Assembly: GCA_963746845.1 (NCBI GenBank) | Contig: CAVVCZ010000004.1 | Coordinates: forward strand, 1,120,001 to 1,184,000 | Origin: an uncultured Chloroflexia bacterium | GTDB lineage: Bacteria; Chloroflexota; Limnocylindria; Limnocylindrales; CSP1-4 | Length of the DNA: 64,000 nt | Direction: 5' to 3' | Position numbers and translations under genes: made by a program | Shown here: positions 39,746 through 50,025 of the stretch, piece after piece | Numbering within the stretch: the first letter of the stretch is position 1 | How the letters are laid out: every line of letters begins with the position of its first letter | Notes under the pieces: model-generated | The model's database searches: none | The model's input: only the letters and a program-made list of their open reading frames with translations | Told to the model about the DNA's origin: nothing

Positions 39746-41147
39746 CCCCCGTCCGCCCGGTCTCCGGGGGGTCGTCGGGCGGGGCCGTGACGAGCGGGAT
39801 CGCCGACGGGAGAGCGGCCGCGACTCCCGGGTCCTCGATCTCCGGGACCAGGGGCTGACCGGTGATCAGCCGCGATCCGCGACCGTGGGTCAGGAAGCTC
39901 CACGCCCAGCGGACGACCACGATGATCCGGTTCGCGAAGCCGATCAGGTAGACGATGTGGATCCCGAGCCACAGGAACCAGGCCGCGAAGCCGGACTGCC
40001 GCCCGAACGGCCCGAGCCACGGGATGTCGGTCACGCCGGCGAGGCGACCGATCACCGCGACATCACCGCGGTTGAAGTACCGGAACGGCTTCATGGCGCG
40101 GCCGTCGAGACGGGCGCGGATCGTGCGCGCCGCGTAGGCGCCGCCCTGGATCGCGCCCTGGGCGACGCCGGGGACGGGCCGGTCCTTCTTCCACGGCTGG
40201 TGCGCCGCATCGCCGACGACGAAGATCTCCGGGTGGCCGGGCACGGTCAGGTCGCGCGCGACCTCGATCCGGCCGGACCGGTCGCGCGGGGCGCCGGTCG
40301 AATCGGCGACGACGCGCGAGAACGAGGAGGCCAGCACGCCGGCCGCCCACAGGATCGTCCCTGCCGCGACCCGTGTCCGTTCGCCGGCGGCGGTCTCGGT
40401 CACGACGAAGCGATCGCCGATCTCGACCACCCTCGTCCCCGTGTGGATCGTCACGCCGAGCCGCTCGAGCTGGCGGCACGCCGCTGTCGAGCGGTCCGGC
40501 GGGTACGTGCCGAGGACGCGAGGCTCGCCCTCCATCAGCAGGATTCGGGCCTGCCGCGTGTCGATCGAGCGGAAGTCGCGGTGGAGCGTGTCGTAGGCGA
40601 TCTCGCCGAGCGCCCCGGCCAGCTCGACCCCGGTCGGTCCGCCGCCGACGATGACGAACGTCAGCCACTCCGCGCGGCGATCCGGATCGTGCTCGCGCTC
40701 GGCCGCCTCGAAGGCGATGAGGATCCGTCGGCGCATCTCGAGCGCATCGTCGAGCGACTTCAAGCCGGGCGCGACTCGCGCCCAGTCGTCGTGGCCGAAC
40801 CAGGTGTGATGGGCACCCGTCGCCACGATGAGGCTGTCGTAGCCGAGGGTCCCACCGTCGTCGAGCCGGACCTCGCGCCGAATAGGATCCAGGCCCTTCG
40901 CTTCGCCGAGCAGGACCGTCGTGTTCGCGTGCTTCCGGAGGATGGATCGGAGCGGCTGGGCGATCTCCCCGGGCCCGAGGGCCCCGGTCGCGACCTGGTA
41001 GAGGAGCGGCGCGAACAGGTGATGGTTCCGGCGGTCGACGAGCGTCACGGCGACACGATCGTCCCTGCCGAGCTCGCGTGCCGCATAGAGGCCGCCGAAC
41101 CCGCCGCCGACGATCAGGACGCGATGCCGCGTGCTGCTCGACGGCAT
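39729..41147 (-). CDS. ndh: Type II NADH dehydrogenase (NDH-2 family)
   Basis: GGGFGG, PLLYQVATG, GGGPTGVELAG, WAAG, GD, PGVAQGAIQ.G, WL..HI..L.GF.NR. Confidence 0.9.
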   Translation of the reverse strand: MPSSSTRHRVLIVGGGFGGLYAARELGRDDRVAVTLVDRRNHHLFAPLLYQVATGALGPGEIAQPLRSILRKHANTTVLLGEAKGLDPIRREVRLDDGGTLGYDSLIVATGAHHTWFGHDDWARVAPGLKSLDDALEMRRRILIAFEAAEREHDPDRRAEWLTFVIVGGGPTGVELAGALGEIAYDTLHRDFRSIDTRQARILLMEGEPRVLGTYPPDRSTAACRQLERLGVTIHTGTRVVEIGDRFVVTETAAGERTRVAAGTILWAAGVLASSFSRVVADSTGAPRDRSGRIEVARDLTVPGHPEIFVVGDAAHQPWKKDRPVPGVAQGAIQGGAYAARTIRARLDGRAMKPFRYFNRGDVAVIGRLAGVTDIPWLGPFGRQSGFAAWFLWLGIHIVYLIGFANRIIVVVRWAWSFLTHGRGSRLITGQPLVPEIEDPGVAAALPSAIPLVTAPPDDPPETGRTGVSRTR

Positions 41148-41205
41148 CGCGCCCGACGCCGGAGGGACGGCACGCACGTGCGCGGGCACGACTTTCGCCC
41201 TCCGA

Positions 41206-43995
41206 CTACTTGTCCCGAGCCTCCGCACCGGCGAGGACCGCCTGGGCGGCGGCGAGGCGCGCGACCGGGACGCGGAACGGGGAGCACGACACGTAGTCGA
41301 GGCCGATCCGCTCGCACTTGAAGATCGAATCCGGGTCGCCGCCATGCTCGCCGCAGATCCCGAGCTCGAGATCCGGCTTCGTCGAGCGGCCCTTGTCGAC
41401 GGCGATCTTCATCAGCCCCGCGACCGCGTCGTCGAGCGTCTGGAACGGGTTGACCGGAAGGATCTTGTCCTCGACGTACTTCAGGAGGAAGCCGCCCTCG
41501 GCGTCGTCCCGGCTGTAGCCGAACGTCATCTGCGTGAGGTCATTCGTGCCGAAGCTGAAGAAATCGGCCTCGCGGGCGATCTCGTCGGCGGTCAGGGCGC
41601 CGCGCGGCACCTCGATCATCGTCCCGAACTTGTAGTCGACCTCGACGCCACCGGCGGCCTCGCGGACCGCGGTCGCCTCCTTCTCGAGGAGCGCGCGGGT
41701 CGCCGCCAGCTCGTTCACGTGCCCGACAAGCGGAATCATGATCTTCGCGATCGGGTTGACCCCGGCCGCCTTCACCGCGATCTCGGCGTTGAGGATCGCC
41801 CGGGTCTGGATCTTCACGAAGTCCGGGATCATCAGCCCGAGCCGGCAGCCGCGCAGGCCGAGCATCGGGTTCTGCTCGTGGAGGCTCCGGATCGTTGCGA
41901 GGAGCTCCTTGTCCTCCTCCGAGGCGCCCCCGTGCTCCTCGGCCCGGGTGACCTTGACGAGCTGCTCCTCGAGGTTCGGGAGGAACTCGTGGAGCGGCGG
42001 ATCGATCAGGCGGATGACGACCGGCAGGCCGTCCATCGCGCGGAAGATCCCCTCGAAGTCGCCCTGCTGGAGCACCTCGAGCTTCGCCATCGCGGCGTCG
42101 AACGTCGCGATGTCCTCCGACTCGTCCGGCGTCACCAGGCCGCCGGACGCGGCCTTCGCCTTCGCCCGCGTCGCGCGGTTCGCGACGAGGATCGCGCCGC
42201 GGACGATCTCGAGGCGATCGCCCTCGCGGAACATGTGCTCCGTCCGGCACAGGCCGATCCCCTGGGCGCCGTACGACCGGGCCTGGGCCGCCTCCTCGGG
42301 CTTGTCGGCGTTCGTCCAGACGCCCATCCGGCGGATCCCGTCCGCCCAGCCGAGGATCGTCTGGAGCTCGGGCTGGTCCTCGAACCGCGCCTCGACCGTC
42401 GGCAGCGCACCGACATACAGGGCGCCGGTCGTCCCGTCGAGGCTGACCCAGTCGCCCTCCCGGAACGAGGTCCCCGTGACCGCGCAGGTCGCGCCCTTCG
42501 CGGCATAGTCGATCATCAGGTCGGCGGAACCGGCGACGCACGGCTTGCCGATCTGGCGCGCGACGACCGCGGCATGCGACGTCGCGCCGCCGCGGGCCGT
42601 GATGATCCCCTGGCTCACCGCCATGCCGTGGAAGTCGTCCGGCGAGGTCTCGATCCGGACGAGGATCACCTTCTCGCCACGCTCCACCCACTCAACGGCC
42701 TCGTCGGCGCTGAAGACGGCCCGGCCGACGGCCGCGCCCGGCGACGCATTCAGCCCGTTGACGATCTTCTCCGCGTTCTTGAGCGCTTCCGGGTCGAAGG
42801 TCGCGCGTAGCAGCTGCTCGACGTGCGCCGGCTCGATCCGGGCGACGGCCTCGGCCTTCGTGATCGTTCCGTCCGCGACCATGTCGACTGCGATCCTCAC
42901 GGCAGCCGCGGCGGTCCGCTTGGCCGACCGCGTCTGGAGCATGTACAGGCGGCCCTTCTCGATCGTGAACTCGAGGTCCTGGACGTCGCGGTAGTGGGAC
43001 TCGAGCTGCTTGCCGATCCGGCGGAACTCGTCGTAGACGGCCGGCATGTCCTGGGCCATCTGGGCGATCTTCGGGGCGGTCCGGATCCCCGCGACGACGT
43101 CCTCGCCCTGGGCGTTCGTCAGGTACTCGCCGTAGAGGACGTTCTCGCCGGTGTTCGGGTCACGCGTGAACGCGACGCCGGTCCCGGAGTCGTCGCCCAT
43201 GTTGCCGAAGACCATCGTCACGACGTTCACCGCCGTCCCGAGGTCGTCGGCGATCTTGTTGAACTTCCGGTAGTCCCGCGCGCGCTGGCCGAACCAGCTC
43301 GCGAAGACCGCCTTGATCGCGAGGTCGAGCTGGTCGTTGGGGTCCGTCGGGAAGTCGCGCCCGGTGTCCTGCTTGACGACGGCCTTGAACGCGTCGACGA
43401 GGGCCCGGAGGTCGGCGACGTCGAGATCGGTGTCCTGGGCGGCGACGCCGTGGGCGGCCTTGCGCTCCTCGAGGAGCGCGTCGAACCGCTCGGCCTTCAC
43501 GTCCATGACGATCCGGCCGAACATCTGGATGAACCGCCGGTACGCGTCCCAGCCGAACCGCTCGTTGCCGGTCAGCGCGATCAGGCCGTGGAGTGTCTCG
43601 TCGTTGAGGCCCAGGTTGAGGACCGTGTCCATCATCCCCGGCATCGAGAACTTCGCGCCGGAACGGACGCTGACGAGCAACGGATTGGCAACGTCGCCGA
43701 ACCCCTTGCCGGACCGGCGCTCGACCTCGCGCATCGCGTCCTGGACGTCGTCCCAGAGCCCGTCCGGCAGGCGCTCGCCCGCGTCGAAGTAGTCGTTGCA
43801 GGCCTCCGTCGTGATCGTGAAGCCCGGGGGCGTCGGGAGGCCCGCGATCGTCATCTCGGCAAGCCCGGCGCCCTTGCCGCCGAGCAGGTCCTTCATCCCG
43901 CCGTTGCCTTCGGCGGCCCCTTCGCCCCAGGCGTAGATGTAGCGCTTCCGGGCGCGATGCGGACGGTCGGTCGAAGGCGCGGCGGTCGTGGCCAT
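41206..43995 (-). CDS. ppdK: Pyruvate, phosphate dikinase
   Basis: LLGGKGAGL.EM, PLLVSVRSGA, GGATSHAAVVAR (phospho-His), GIGLCRTEHM, NPMLGLRGCR, GICGEHGG; GAGGAG SD. Confidence 0.98.
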   Translation of the reverse strand: MATTAAPSTDRPHRARKRYIYAWGEGAAEGNGGMKDLLGGKGAGLAEMTIAGLPTPPGFTITTEACNDYFDAGERLPDGLWDDVQDAMREVERRSGKGFGDVANPLLVSVRSGAKFSMPGMMDTVLNLGLNDETLHGLIALTGNERFGWDAYRRFIQMFGRIVMDVKAERFDALLEERKAAHGVAAQDTDLDVADLRALVDAFKAVVKQDTGRDFPTDPNDQLDLAIKAVFASWFGQRARDYRKFNKIADDLGTAVNVVTMVFGNMGDDSGTGVAFTRDPNTGENVLYGEYLTNAQGEDVVAGIRTAPKIAQMAQDMPAVYDEFRRIGKQLESHYRDVQDLEFTIEKGRLYMLQTRSAKRTAAAAVRIAVDMVADGTITKAEAVARIEPAHVEQLLRATFDPEALKNAEKIVNGLNASPGAAVGRAVFSADEAVEWVERGEKVILVRIETSPDDFHGMAVSQGIITARGGATSHAAVVARQIGKPCVAGSADLMIDYAAKGATCAVTGTSFREGDWVSLDGTTGALYVGALPTVEARFEDQPELQTILGWADGIRRMGVWTNADKPEEAAQARSYGAQGIGLCRTEHMFREGDRLEIVRGAILVANRATRAKAKAASGGLVTPDESEDIATFDAAMAKLEVLQQGDFEGIFRAMDGLPVVIRLIDPPLHEFLPNLEEQLVKVTRAEEHGGASEEDKELLATIRSLHEQNPMLGLRGCRLGLMIPDFVKIQTRAILNAEIAVKAAGVNPIAKIMIPLVGHVNELAATRALLEKEATAVREAAGGVEVDYKFGTMIEVPRGALTADEIAREADFFSFGTNDLTQMTFGYSRDDAEGGFLLKYVEDKILPVNPFQTLDDAVAGLMKIAVDKGRSTKPDLELGICGEHGGDPDSIFKCERIGLDYVSCSPFRVPVARLAAAQAVLAGAEARDK

Positions 43996-44209
43996 CAGGA
44001 CAGGCTCCTCGGGGTCGGGGCGCCGCGCGTGAGCGGCGCGGGAACGCTCTTCAGTGCAGGGGCCGATTGTACGCGTGACCCCCGCGGATCTCGGGTTGCG
44101 GAACGGTTTCGGGTGGCGAAGGCGGACGCTCACGCGCGACGCGTCGCGAGCCACCGGCTGCGGGCGCGGGCCGTGCGGGCCCTCGGGCGCGGGGTACCAT
44201 CGCCCCGCG

Positions 44210-45022
44210 ATGACCAAACCGACGACCGCGCCCGCACCGATCCTCGCGGAGGCGCCGGTCTACAACGCGAGCCTCATCCGGCGCGTCGACGAGACGGAGT
44301 CCCTGGCCTACTTCTGGGTCCGCTTCGACGGTGACCCGACGCCGTTCGAGCCCGGCCAGTACATGACGATCGGGGTCATGGCCGGCGAGCGGATGATCCA
44401 GCGGCCCTATTCCGTCGCCTCCCCGCCCGCCGTCGCCGGGACCGAGGGCTACGAGTTCTACGTGCGATGCGTCCAGGGCGGCCTGTTCACCCCGATCCTG
44501 TTCGACCTGCCGGTCGGCCACCGGATGCGGATGATCGGCCCGAAGGGCAAGTTCATGCTCCTCCCGAATGACGAGCGGACGCACATCTTCATCTCGTCCG
44601 GGACCGGCAACGCGCCGTTCGTCTCGATGATGCGGCAGCTCATGCTCGACGGGCGGCCGCGGCCCGCGGTGTTCCTCAACGGCGTCTCGTACGCCTCCGA
44701 GCTGGGCTATCGCGAGCGGGTCGAGGGCTGGGAGCGGAGCGGCGAGTACCCGGTCCGGTTCATCCCGACCGTCTCCCGGCCGAGCGATCCGTCGAATGCG
44801 GGCTGGACCGGACGGACCGGCCGCGTGGAGTCGATCCTTGCGCCGGTCCTCGAGGAGCTCGGCCTGTCGCCGGCGAACTCGATCGCCTACATCTGCGGCA
44901 ACCCGGACATGATCGTGTCGGCCGAGGAGACCCTGCTCGCCCGCGGCTACCCCGAGGACCAGGTCCACAAGGAGCTCTACTGGCCGAAGGGCAAGACCGC
45001 GACGCTGCCGGCCGCGGACTGA
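44210..45022 (+). CDS. Ferredoxin--NADP+ reductase (bacterial Fpr type)
   Basis: F.PGQY, RPYSVAS, GG.F.P, SGTG.APF.SM, YICGNPDM, ELYW. Confidence 0.88.
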   Translation: MTKPTTAPAPILAEAPVYNASLIRRVDETESLAYFWVRFDGDPTPFEPGQYMTIGVMAGERMIQRPYSVASPPAVAGTEGYEFYVRCVQGGLFTPILFDLPVGHRMRMIGPKGKFMLLPNDERTHIFISSGTGNAPFVSMMRQLMLDGRPRPAVFLNGVSYASELGYRERVEGWERSGEYPVRFIPTVSRPSDPSNAGWTGRTGRVESILAPVLEELGLSPANSIAYICGNPDMIVSAEETLLARGYPEDQVHKELYWPKGKTATLPAAD

Positions 45023-45193
45023 CCGGCGCCGTGCTCCGGCGCCGCCGACACCCAGGCCCCGCGCTCCGTCAGGCACCGTGGCGACCGGGGACCGGCCCCC
45101 GGGGATGGTGACCTTCGGCCCCCCAATTCCGTGCGGGACGGGCCATGAGGCAGGAGCCCCGATGCGCGAGCATCGGACTCGGAAGGTCGTGCC

Positions 45194-46072
45194 GTGCACC
45201 GGATCGTCTCGAAGGACCAGCTCTCGCCGAACGTGACCCGGCTCGTGATCGATGCGCCGCGGATTGCCGCGATCCGCCGGCCGGGGCAATTCGTCATCGT
45301 CCACCACGGTCCGGGAGCCGAACGGATCCCGCTGACGATCGCCGATTCGGATCCCGAAGCCGGCACGATCAGCCTGGTGATCCAGTCGGTCGGGAAGAGC
45401 ACCGCAGACCTCGTCGAGCTGGAGCCGGACGAGGCCGTCGCCGACGTGGCCGGCCCGCTCGGTCGCCCCACGGATCTGATCGACACCGGACGCGCGGTCT
45501 GCGTGGGCGGCGGCGTCGGCACCGCGGTGATCCTGCCGATCGCCCGGGAGCTGCATCGCCGGGGCGTGTCGGTCACGAGCATCGTCGGCGGCCGATCGCG
45601 TGAGTGGGTCATCCTCGAATCCGAGCTCGCGGCGGCCGGAGCTGTCGTCCCCTGCACAGACGACGGCAGCTACGGCCGGCCGGGATTCGTCACGGAGGCG
45701 CTCGCGGACGTGCTCGCCGGCGGCGGCGTCACGGCGGTCTACGCGGTCGGACCAGTGCCGATGATGCGGGCCGTCGCCGCCGTCACCGGGCCGCTGGGCG
45801 TTCCCACGGTCGTCTCGCTCAATCCGGTCATGGTCGATGGGACCGGCATGTGCGGCGGCTGTCGGGTCACGGTCGACGGGCAGACACGCTACGCGTGCGT
45901 CGACGGGCCTGAGTTCGACGCCGCCCTCGTCGACTTCGCGGAGCTCGCCGACCGGCTGACAACCTACCGCGACTTCGAGCGAGATGCACTGGCCCGTCGC
46001 GAGCCATGCCACGTCGGGCTCCGGCAGCCCTCCGCGACGATCGCACCGGCCGCTTCGGGAGCCGGCCGATGA
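45194..46072 (+). CDS. nfnA: NfnA/SudB-like FAD/[2Fe-2S] subunit
   Basis: PGQFVI, ERIPLTIAD, GPLG.P, GGGVG, GP..MM, MVDGTGMCGGCRV, CVDGPEFD. Confidence 0.88.
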   Translation: MHRIVSKDQLSPNVTRLVIDAPRIAAIRRPGQFVIVHHGPGAERIPLTIADSDPEAGTISLVIQSVGKSTADLVELEPDEAVADVAGPLGRPTDLIDTGRAVCVGGGVGTAVILPIARELHRRGVSVTSIVGGRSREWVILESELAAAGAVVPCTDDGSYGRPGFVTEALADVLAGGGVTAVYAVGPVPMMRAVAAVTGPLGVPTVVSLNPVMVDGTGMCGGCRVTVDGQTRYACVDGPEFDAALVDFAELADRLTTYRDFERDALARREPCHVGLRQPSATIAPAASGAGR

Positions 46073-47604
46073 CCGAGCCGCGCGAGCCAATGACCACGCC
46101 GGCCGGGCAGGAGGCCGCGCCGGAGCGGCCGCCGCTCACCCAGAAGGAGCGGATGGCGATCGACCGGGTGGCGATGCCCGAGCAGAACGCCGGCCTCCGC
46201 GCGACGAACTTCCGCGAGGTCAACCTCGGGCTGACCTATCAGCTCGCGATGCTCGAGGCGGAGCGCTGCCTTCAGTGCCCGAAGCCCTACTGCATCGACG
46301 GCTGCCCGGTCCGGGTGAACATCCCCCGCTTCATCAAGCTTCTTCGCGAGGGTGACCTCCCGGCCGCCGCCGAGTCGCTTCTGGACGACAACGCCCTCCC
46401 GTGCGTCACCGGGCGGGTCTGCCCGCAGGAGAGCCAGTGCGAGGGCGTCTGCCTCCGCGGGAAGAAGGGCAAGTCGGTCGCGATCGGCAGCCTCGAGCGA
46501 TTCGTCGCGGACTGGGCCCAGGCCCATCCGGGAGACCTGCCCGCCCACCAGGTGGCGACGAACGGGCGGAGCGTCGGGATCGTGGGCTCCGGTCCGGCTG
46601 GCCTGACGGCGGCCGGCGAGCTCGCCAAGGCCGGCTACGAGGTGACGATCTTCGAGGCATTCCATGCCCCGGGCGGGGTGCTGATCTACGGGATCCCGGA
46701 GTTCCGCCTGCCGAAGGACATCGTCCAGGCCGAGGTCGACCGGCTCGTCGCCGAGGGAGTCACGATCGAGGCGAACGCGATCATCGGCCGGACGTTCACG
46801 ATGGCCGAGCTGCGGGAACGGTTCGACGCCCTGTTCATCGCCGTCGGGGCAGGCCTGCCGGTCTTCATGGACATCCCGGGCGAGAACTTCAAGGGCGTCT
46901 ACTCGGCGAACGAGTACCTGACCCGGGTCAACCTGATGGGCGCGTGGCACGAGTCCGACACGCCGGTCCTTCATGGGCAGCGCGTCGTGGTCGTGGGCGG
47001 CGGCAACGTCGCGATGGACAGTGTCCGAACGGCGCGACGGCTGGGCGCCGCGGAGGCCACGATCGTCTACCGGCGGGGCGCCGAGGAGCTGCCCGCCCGG
47101 GCCGAGGAGGTCCACCACGCCCATGACGAGGGTGTGGCGTTCGAGTTCCTGGCGGCGCCCGTCGAAGTCCTCGGGTCGGAGGACCGTTGGGTTCGTGCCG
47201 TCCGCTGCGTGCGGATGGAGCTCGGTGAGCCCGATGCCTCGGGCCGCCGCCGGCCGGTGCCCGTCCCCGGCTCGGAGTTCGAGATCCCGTGCGATGTGCT
47301 CGTGGTCGCGATCGGCACACGATCGAACCCGCTGCTGACCGCCTCGACGCCGGAGCTGTCGATCAACGAATGGGGCTACATCACCACCGATGAGCACGGG
47401 ATGACGAGCATGCCGGGCGTCTTCGCCGGCGGCGACATCGTCCGAGGGGCCGCGACCGTCATCCTGGCGATGGGCGACGGCAAGCGGGCGGCTGCGTCAA
47501 TCGATTCGTGGCTGCGCGGCGTCTGGCCGCCGGTCGTCGAGGAGCCGCCGCCGACCGGACACACGGCCAATGCCGCACCGAAGGTCTCTGCGGCCACCGG
47601 CTGA
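46069..47604 (+). CDS. nfnB: NfnB/SudA-like (GltD-family) FAD/[4Fe-4S] subunit
   Basis: EAERCLQC..PYCIDGCPV, GRVCPQE.QCE..C, GSGPAG, YGIPEFRLPK, SANEYLTRVNLM, GGGNVAMD; ATGA overlap with nfnA. Confidence 0.88.
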   Translation: MTEPREPMTTPAGQEAAPERPPLTQKERMAIDRVAMPEQNAGLRATNFREVNLGLTYQLAMLEAERCLQCPKPYCIDGCPVRVNIPRFIKLLREGDLPAAAESLLDDNALPCVTGRVCPQESQCEGVCLRGKKGKSVAIGSLERFVADWAQAHPGDLPAHQVATNGRSVGIVGSGPAGLTAAGELAKAGYEVTIFEAFHAPGGVLIYGIPEFRLPKDIVQAEVDRLVAEGVTIEANAIIGRTFTMAELRERFDALFIAVGAGLPVFMDIPGENFKGVYSANEYLTRVNLMGAWHESDTPVLHGQRVVVVGGGNVAMDSVRTARRLGAAEATIVYRRGAEELPARAEEVHHAHDEGVAFEFLAAPVEVLGSEDRWVRAVRCVRMELGEPDASGRRRPVPVPGSEFEIPCDVLVVAIGTRSNPLLTASTPELSINEWGYITTDEHGMTSMPGVFAGGDIVRGAATVILAMGDGKRAAASIDSWLRGVWPPVVEEPPPTGHTANAAPKVSAATG

Positions 47605-47645
47605 ACGGCGGCGCTTCAGCCGAACAGGTCGAGCTGGCCGAACCC

Positions 47646-47711
47646 GGGCGCTCTCTCGACGAGGTCTCCACCTGCAACGTCCTGTGCTCGTGCTGGGTCG
47701 GCGAAGACCGG
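47646..47711 (+). pseudogene. Remnant of a DUF1326-family N-terminus
   Basis: Translates GRSLDEVSTCNVLCSCWVGEDR, resembling the DUF1326 start (G..LE.C.C...CPCW.GEDP); no continuation. Confidence 0.55.
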
Positions 47712-48018
47712 TCGGTGACGTCGCTCGCGGTCGAGTCCCGGAGCCACCTTGGTGGCGGCGATGATCGCGGAGCTCGTAAAGCCTAGGGGCGTGGCGACGG
47801 ACCCGGAGGCGGCTCGGATGCGGCCGGCGAGCTCGAGAAGCTGTAATTCCGGAAGGTGTCGTTGCCCGTGACCTCCGCCCAACCGGCGACGACCACGCGA
47901 TCAGCGCTTGCCGCGACATCGACTCTGCAGGTTCGTCACGTCGATGGAACGCAGAGGGACGCGTCCTTGTTACAGAGCCCATTTGGTTGATCGGATGACC
48001 GGAGGTCCGGGCGGGGGC

Positions 48019-48561
48019 TTAGCCGAAGAGGGCGAGCTGCGTGAATCGCGGCGCTCCCTCGAGCTCCAGCATCCGCCGCTTGGTCGCGATGCCACCCGGG
48101 GCGGAGAAGCCGGTCAACGCACCGTTGGCGGCAACGACGCGATGGCACGGCACGAGGATCGGAAACGGGTTCCGCGCGAGCGCGGCCCCGACGGCCCTGG
48201 CCCCGTCCGGAGCGGGGGCGCCGATCGCGCGGGCGATCTCCCCGTACGTGGCCGTGGTGCCGGGCCGAATCGTCTGCGTAGCTGCGTAGACCTGGCGTCG
48301 AAAGGAGTCGATCCCTGACTCGTCGAGCGCGATCGATCGGACATCGGGTGCACGGCCTTCCAACACGCCGACGATCCCGTCGATCGCCATCCGGATGGCG
48401 GCCGGGACCGAACCGCGTCGATCGCAGACGTGGGGCAGCTCCGACACCCGAGGGCCGGGCAGCCGGACACTCGCGATCCCCTGGCCCGTCCAGCGCACGG
48501 CGCACGTCCCGAGCGGCGTGTCGAAGGCAATGATCCCCGGTTCCATCGCGTCCATCGTCAT
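48019..48561 (-). CDS. ogt: Methylated-DNA--protein-cysteine methyltransferase
   Basis: TPLG, F...VY, G...TYGEIA, RAVG.A..RNP.PILVPCHRV, L.GF. Confidence 0.92.
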   Translation of the reverse strand: MTMDAMEPGIIAFDTPLGTCAVRWTGQGIASVRLPGPRVSELPHVCDRRGSVPAAIRMAIDGIVGVLEGRAPDVRSIALDESGIDSFRRQVYAATQTIRPGTTATYGEIARAIGAPAPDGARAVGAALARNPFPILVPCHRVVAANGALTGFSAPGGIATKRRMLELEGAPRFTQLALFG

Positions 48562-48877
48562 CCGGAACCCTGTCAGGGAGTGACAGGTTGCATCCGAACG
48601 GGCTGAGTCGCGACGCGACTCGAACGGGCAGTCGGCACGGGCTTGACAGGCGTCGTGACGTTTCGGTCATCCGACCGAGATCGGTCGATCGACCGACCGA
48701 CAGCGGCGGACGGGAACGGAGACGGGAGAGACCGCCATGGCCTACGACGGCACGCCACTACGGCTCCAGGCGCTGAAGCGCGACGTCGAGGAGCTCTCGA
48801 TCGGCGACGAGCGAGGCGGCGAGTGTCGCGCTCGGAGTGTATGTCGCGTCCAGACCGGAAAGGGTTCCCGCGATGCC

Positions 48878-50017
48878 TCAGGCGGCGCCGAATCGGTCGG
48901 CGCGGAACGCGTCGATCGGCCAGGTCGTGGCGCGATCCAGGACGAGGTCGGCGAGGATCTCGCCCACGACCGGCGCGAACTTGAAGCCGTGGCCGGAGCA
49001 GGCGGACGCGAAGGCGACGCCCGGCGCCGCGGGATGGCGGTCGATGACGAACTGCTCGTCGGGGGTGTTCGTGTACAGGCAGACGCGGGCGTTCGCGAGC
49101 GGGCCGTTCGCCTCGGGCATCCGGACGTGCGTCCACGCCCGGATCCGCTCGATCTCGGCCTCGCCGACCGTCCGGTCGATCTCGTCCGGGTCGCCGAACG
49201 TCCCCCAGTGGTGGATCGACACCTTGAGCCCGACCTCCGGGTCGTGCCGGATGCCGTAGTACGCGGTGCCGTCCTCGACCAGCACCCAGATCGGCAGCCG
49301 GTCCGCCGCGACGCTCGGGGGGTCGACCGTCGGCGTGAACCAGCACGGGCATTCGCGCTCCACCCGGAGCGGCAGCCGGAGATCGGGCACGAGATCGCCG
49401 ATCCAGGGACCCGCCGTGAGGACCAGGTGCTCCCCGCCGACCACCGAGCCGCCGGCGTCCTCGACCTCGAACCCGCCACCCGCCGCCCGTCGCCAGTCGA
49501 CGACCCGGCGACCGAACCGCAGGTCCGCGCCAACCCGTTCCGCCACCTCCAGATGGGCGGCGTTCGCGCGGTCCGCATGGAGCATCCCCGCCTTCGCCTC
49601 GAGGATCGCGAGCGTGTCATCGGCGGGCCGGAAGATCGGCCATCGGCGGTGGATCTCGGCCGCGTCCAGCACCTCGTGCGCCAGCCCGTGGCGGATCGCG
49701 CCCTCGCGCGACCCTTCCACGACCGGGTCGCCCGGTGGGCCGCCGTACAGGCCGCCCGTCTCCTGGAGCAGCGTCGTCCCGACCTCGTCCCCGAGGGCGA
49801 GCCAGCGATCCCACGATGCCTCGGCGAGCGGGACGAGCCCGGGATCCTCGTAGTGGCTGATCCGGATCATCCGGGACCAGCCGCCGGACGACCCGTACGC
49901 CTCGCCGCGCCCGAACCGCTCCAGCCCGACGACCCGCAACCCCCGACGCCCGAGCGCGGCCGCAGCCGCCGATCCGTGAGCGCCCAGCCCGACGACGATG
50001 GCATCGAACGTGTCCAT
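48878..50017 (-). CDS. solA: Monomeric sarcosine oxidase / N-methyl-L-tryptophan oxidase family
   Basis: GLGAHG, GSSGG.SR..R, CLYTNTPD (covalent-FAD Cys), SGHGFKF. Confidence 0.88.
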   Translation of the reverse strand: MDTFDAIVVGLGAHGSAAAAALGRRGLRVVGLERFGRGEAYGSSGGWSRMIRISHYEDPGLVPLAEASWDRWLALGDEVGTTLLQETGGLYGGPPGDPVVEGSREGAIRHGLAHEVLDAAEIHRRWPIFRPADDTLAILEAKAGMLHADRANAAHLEVAERVGADLRFGRRVVDWRRAAGGGFEVEDAGGSVVGGEHLVLTAGPWIGDLVPDLRLPLRVERECPCWFTPTVDPPSVAADRLPIWVLVEDGTAYYGIRHDPEVGLKVSIHHWGTFGDPDEIDRTVGEAEIERIRAWTHVRMPEANGPLANARVCLYTNTPDEQFVIDRHPAAPGVAFASACSGHGFKFAPVVGEILADLVLDRATTWPIDAFRADRFGAA

Positions 50018-50025
50018 GGCGCGAG

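Noticed and set aside
46069-47604. Glutamate synthase small subunit (gltD/gltA) call
   Set aside because: No gltB nearby, and the gene is translationally coupled to an NfnA-type subunit, so NfnB fits better.
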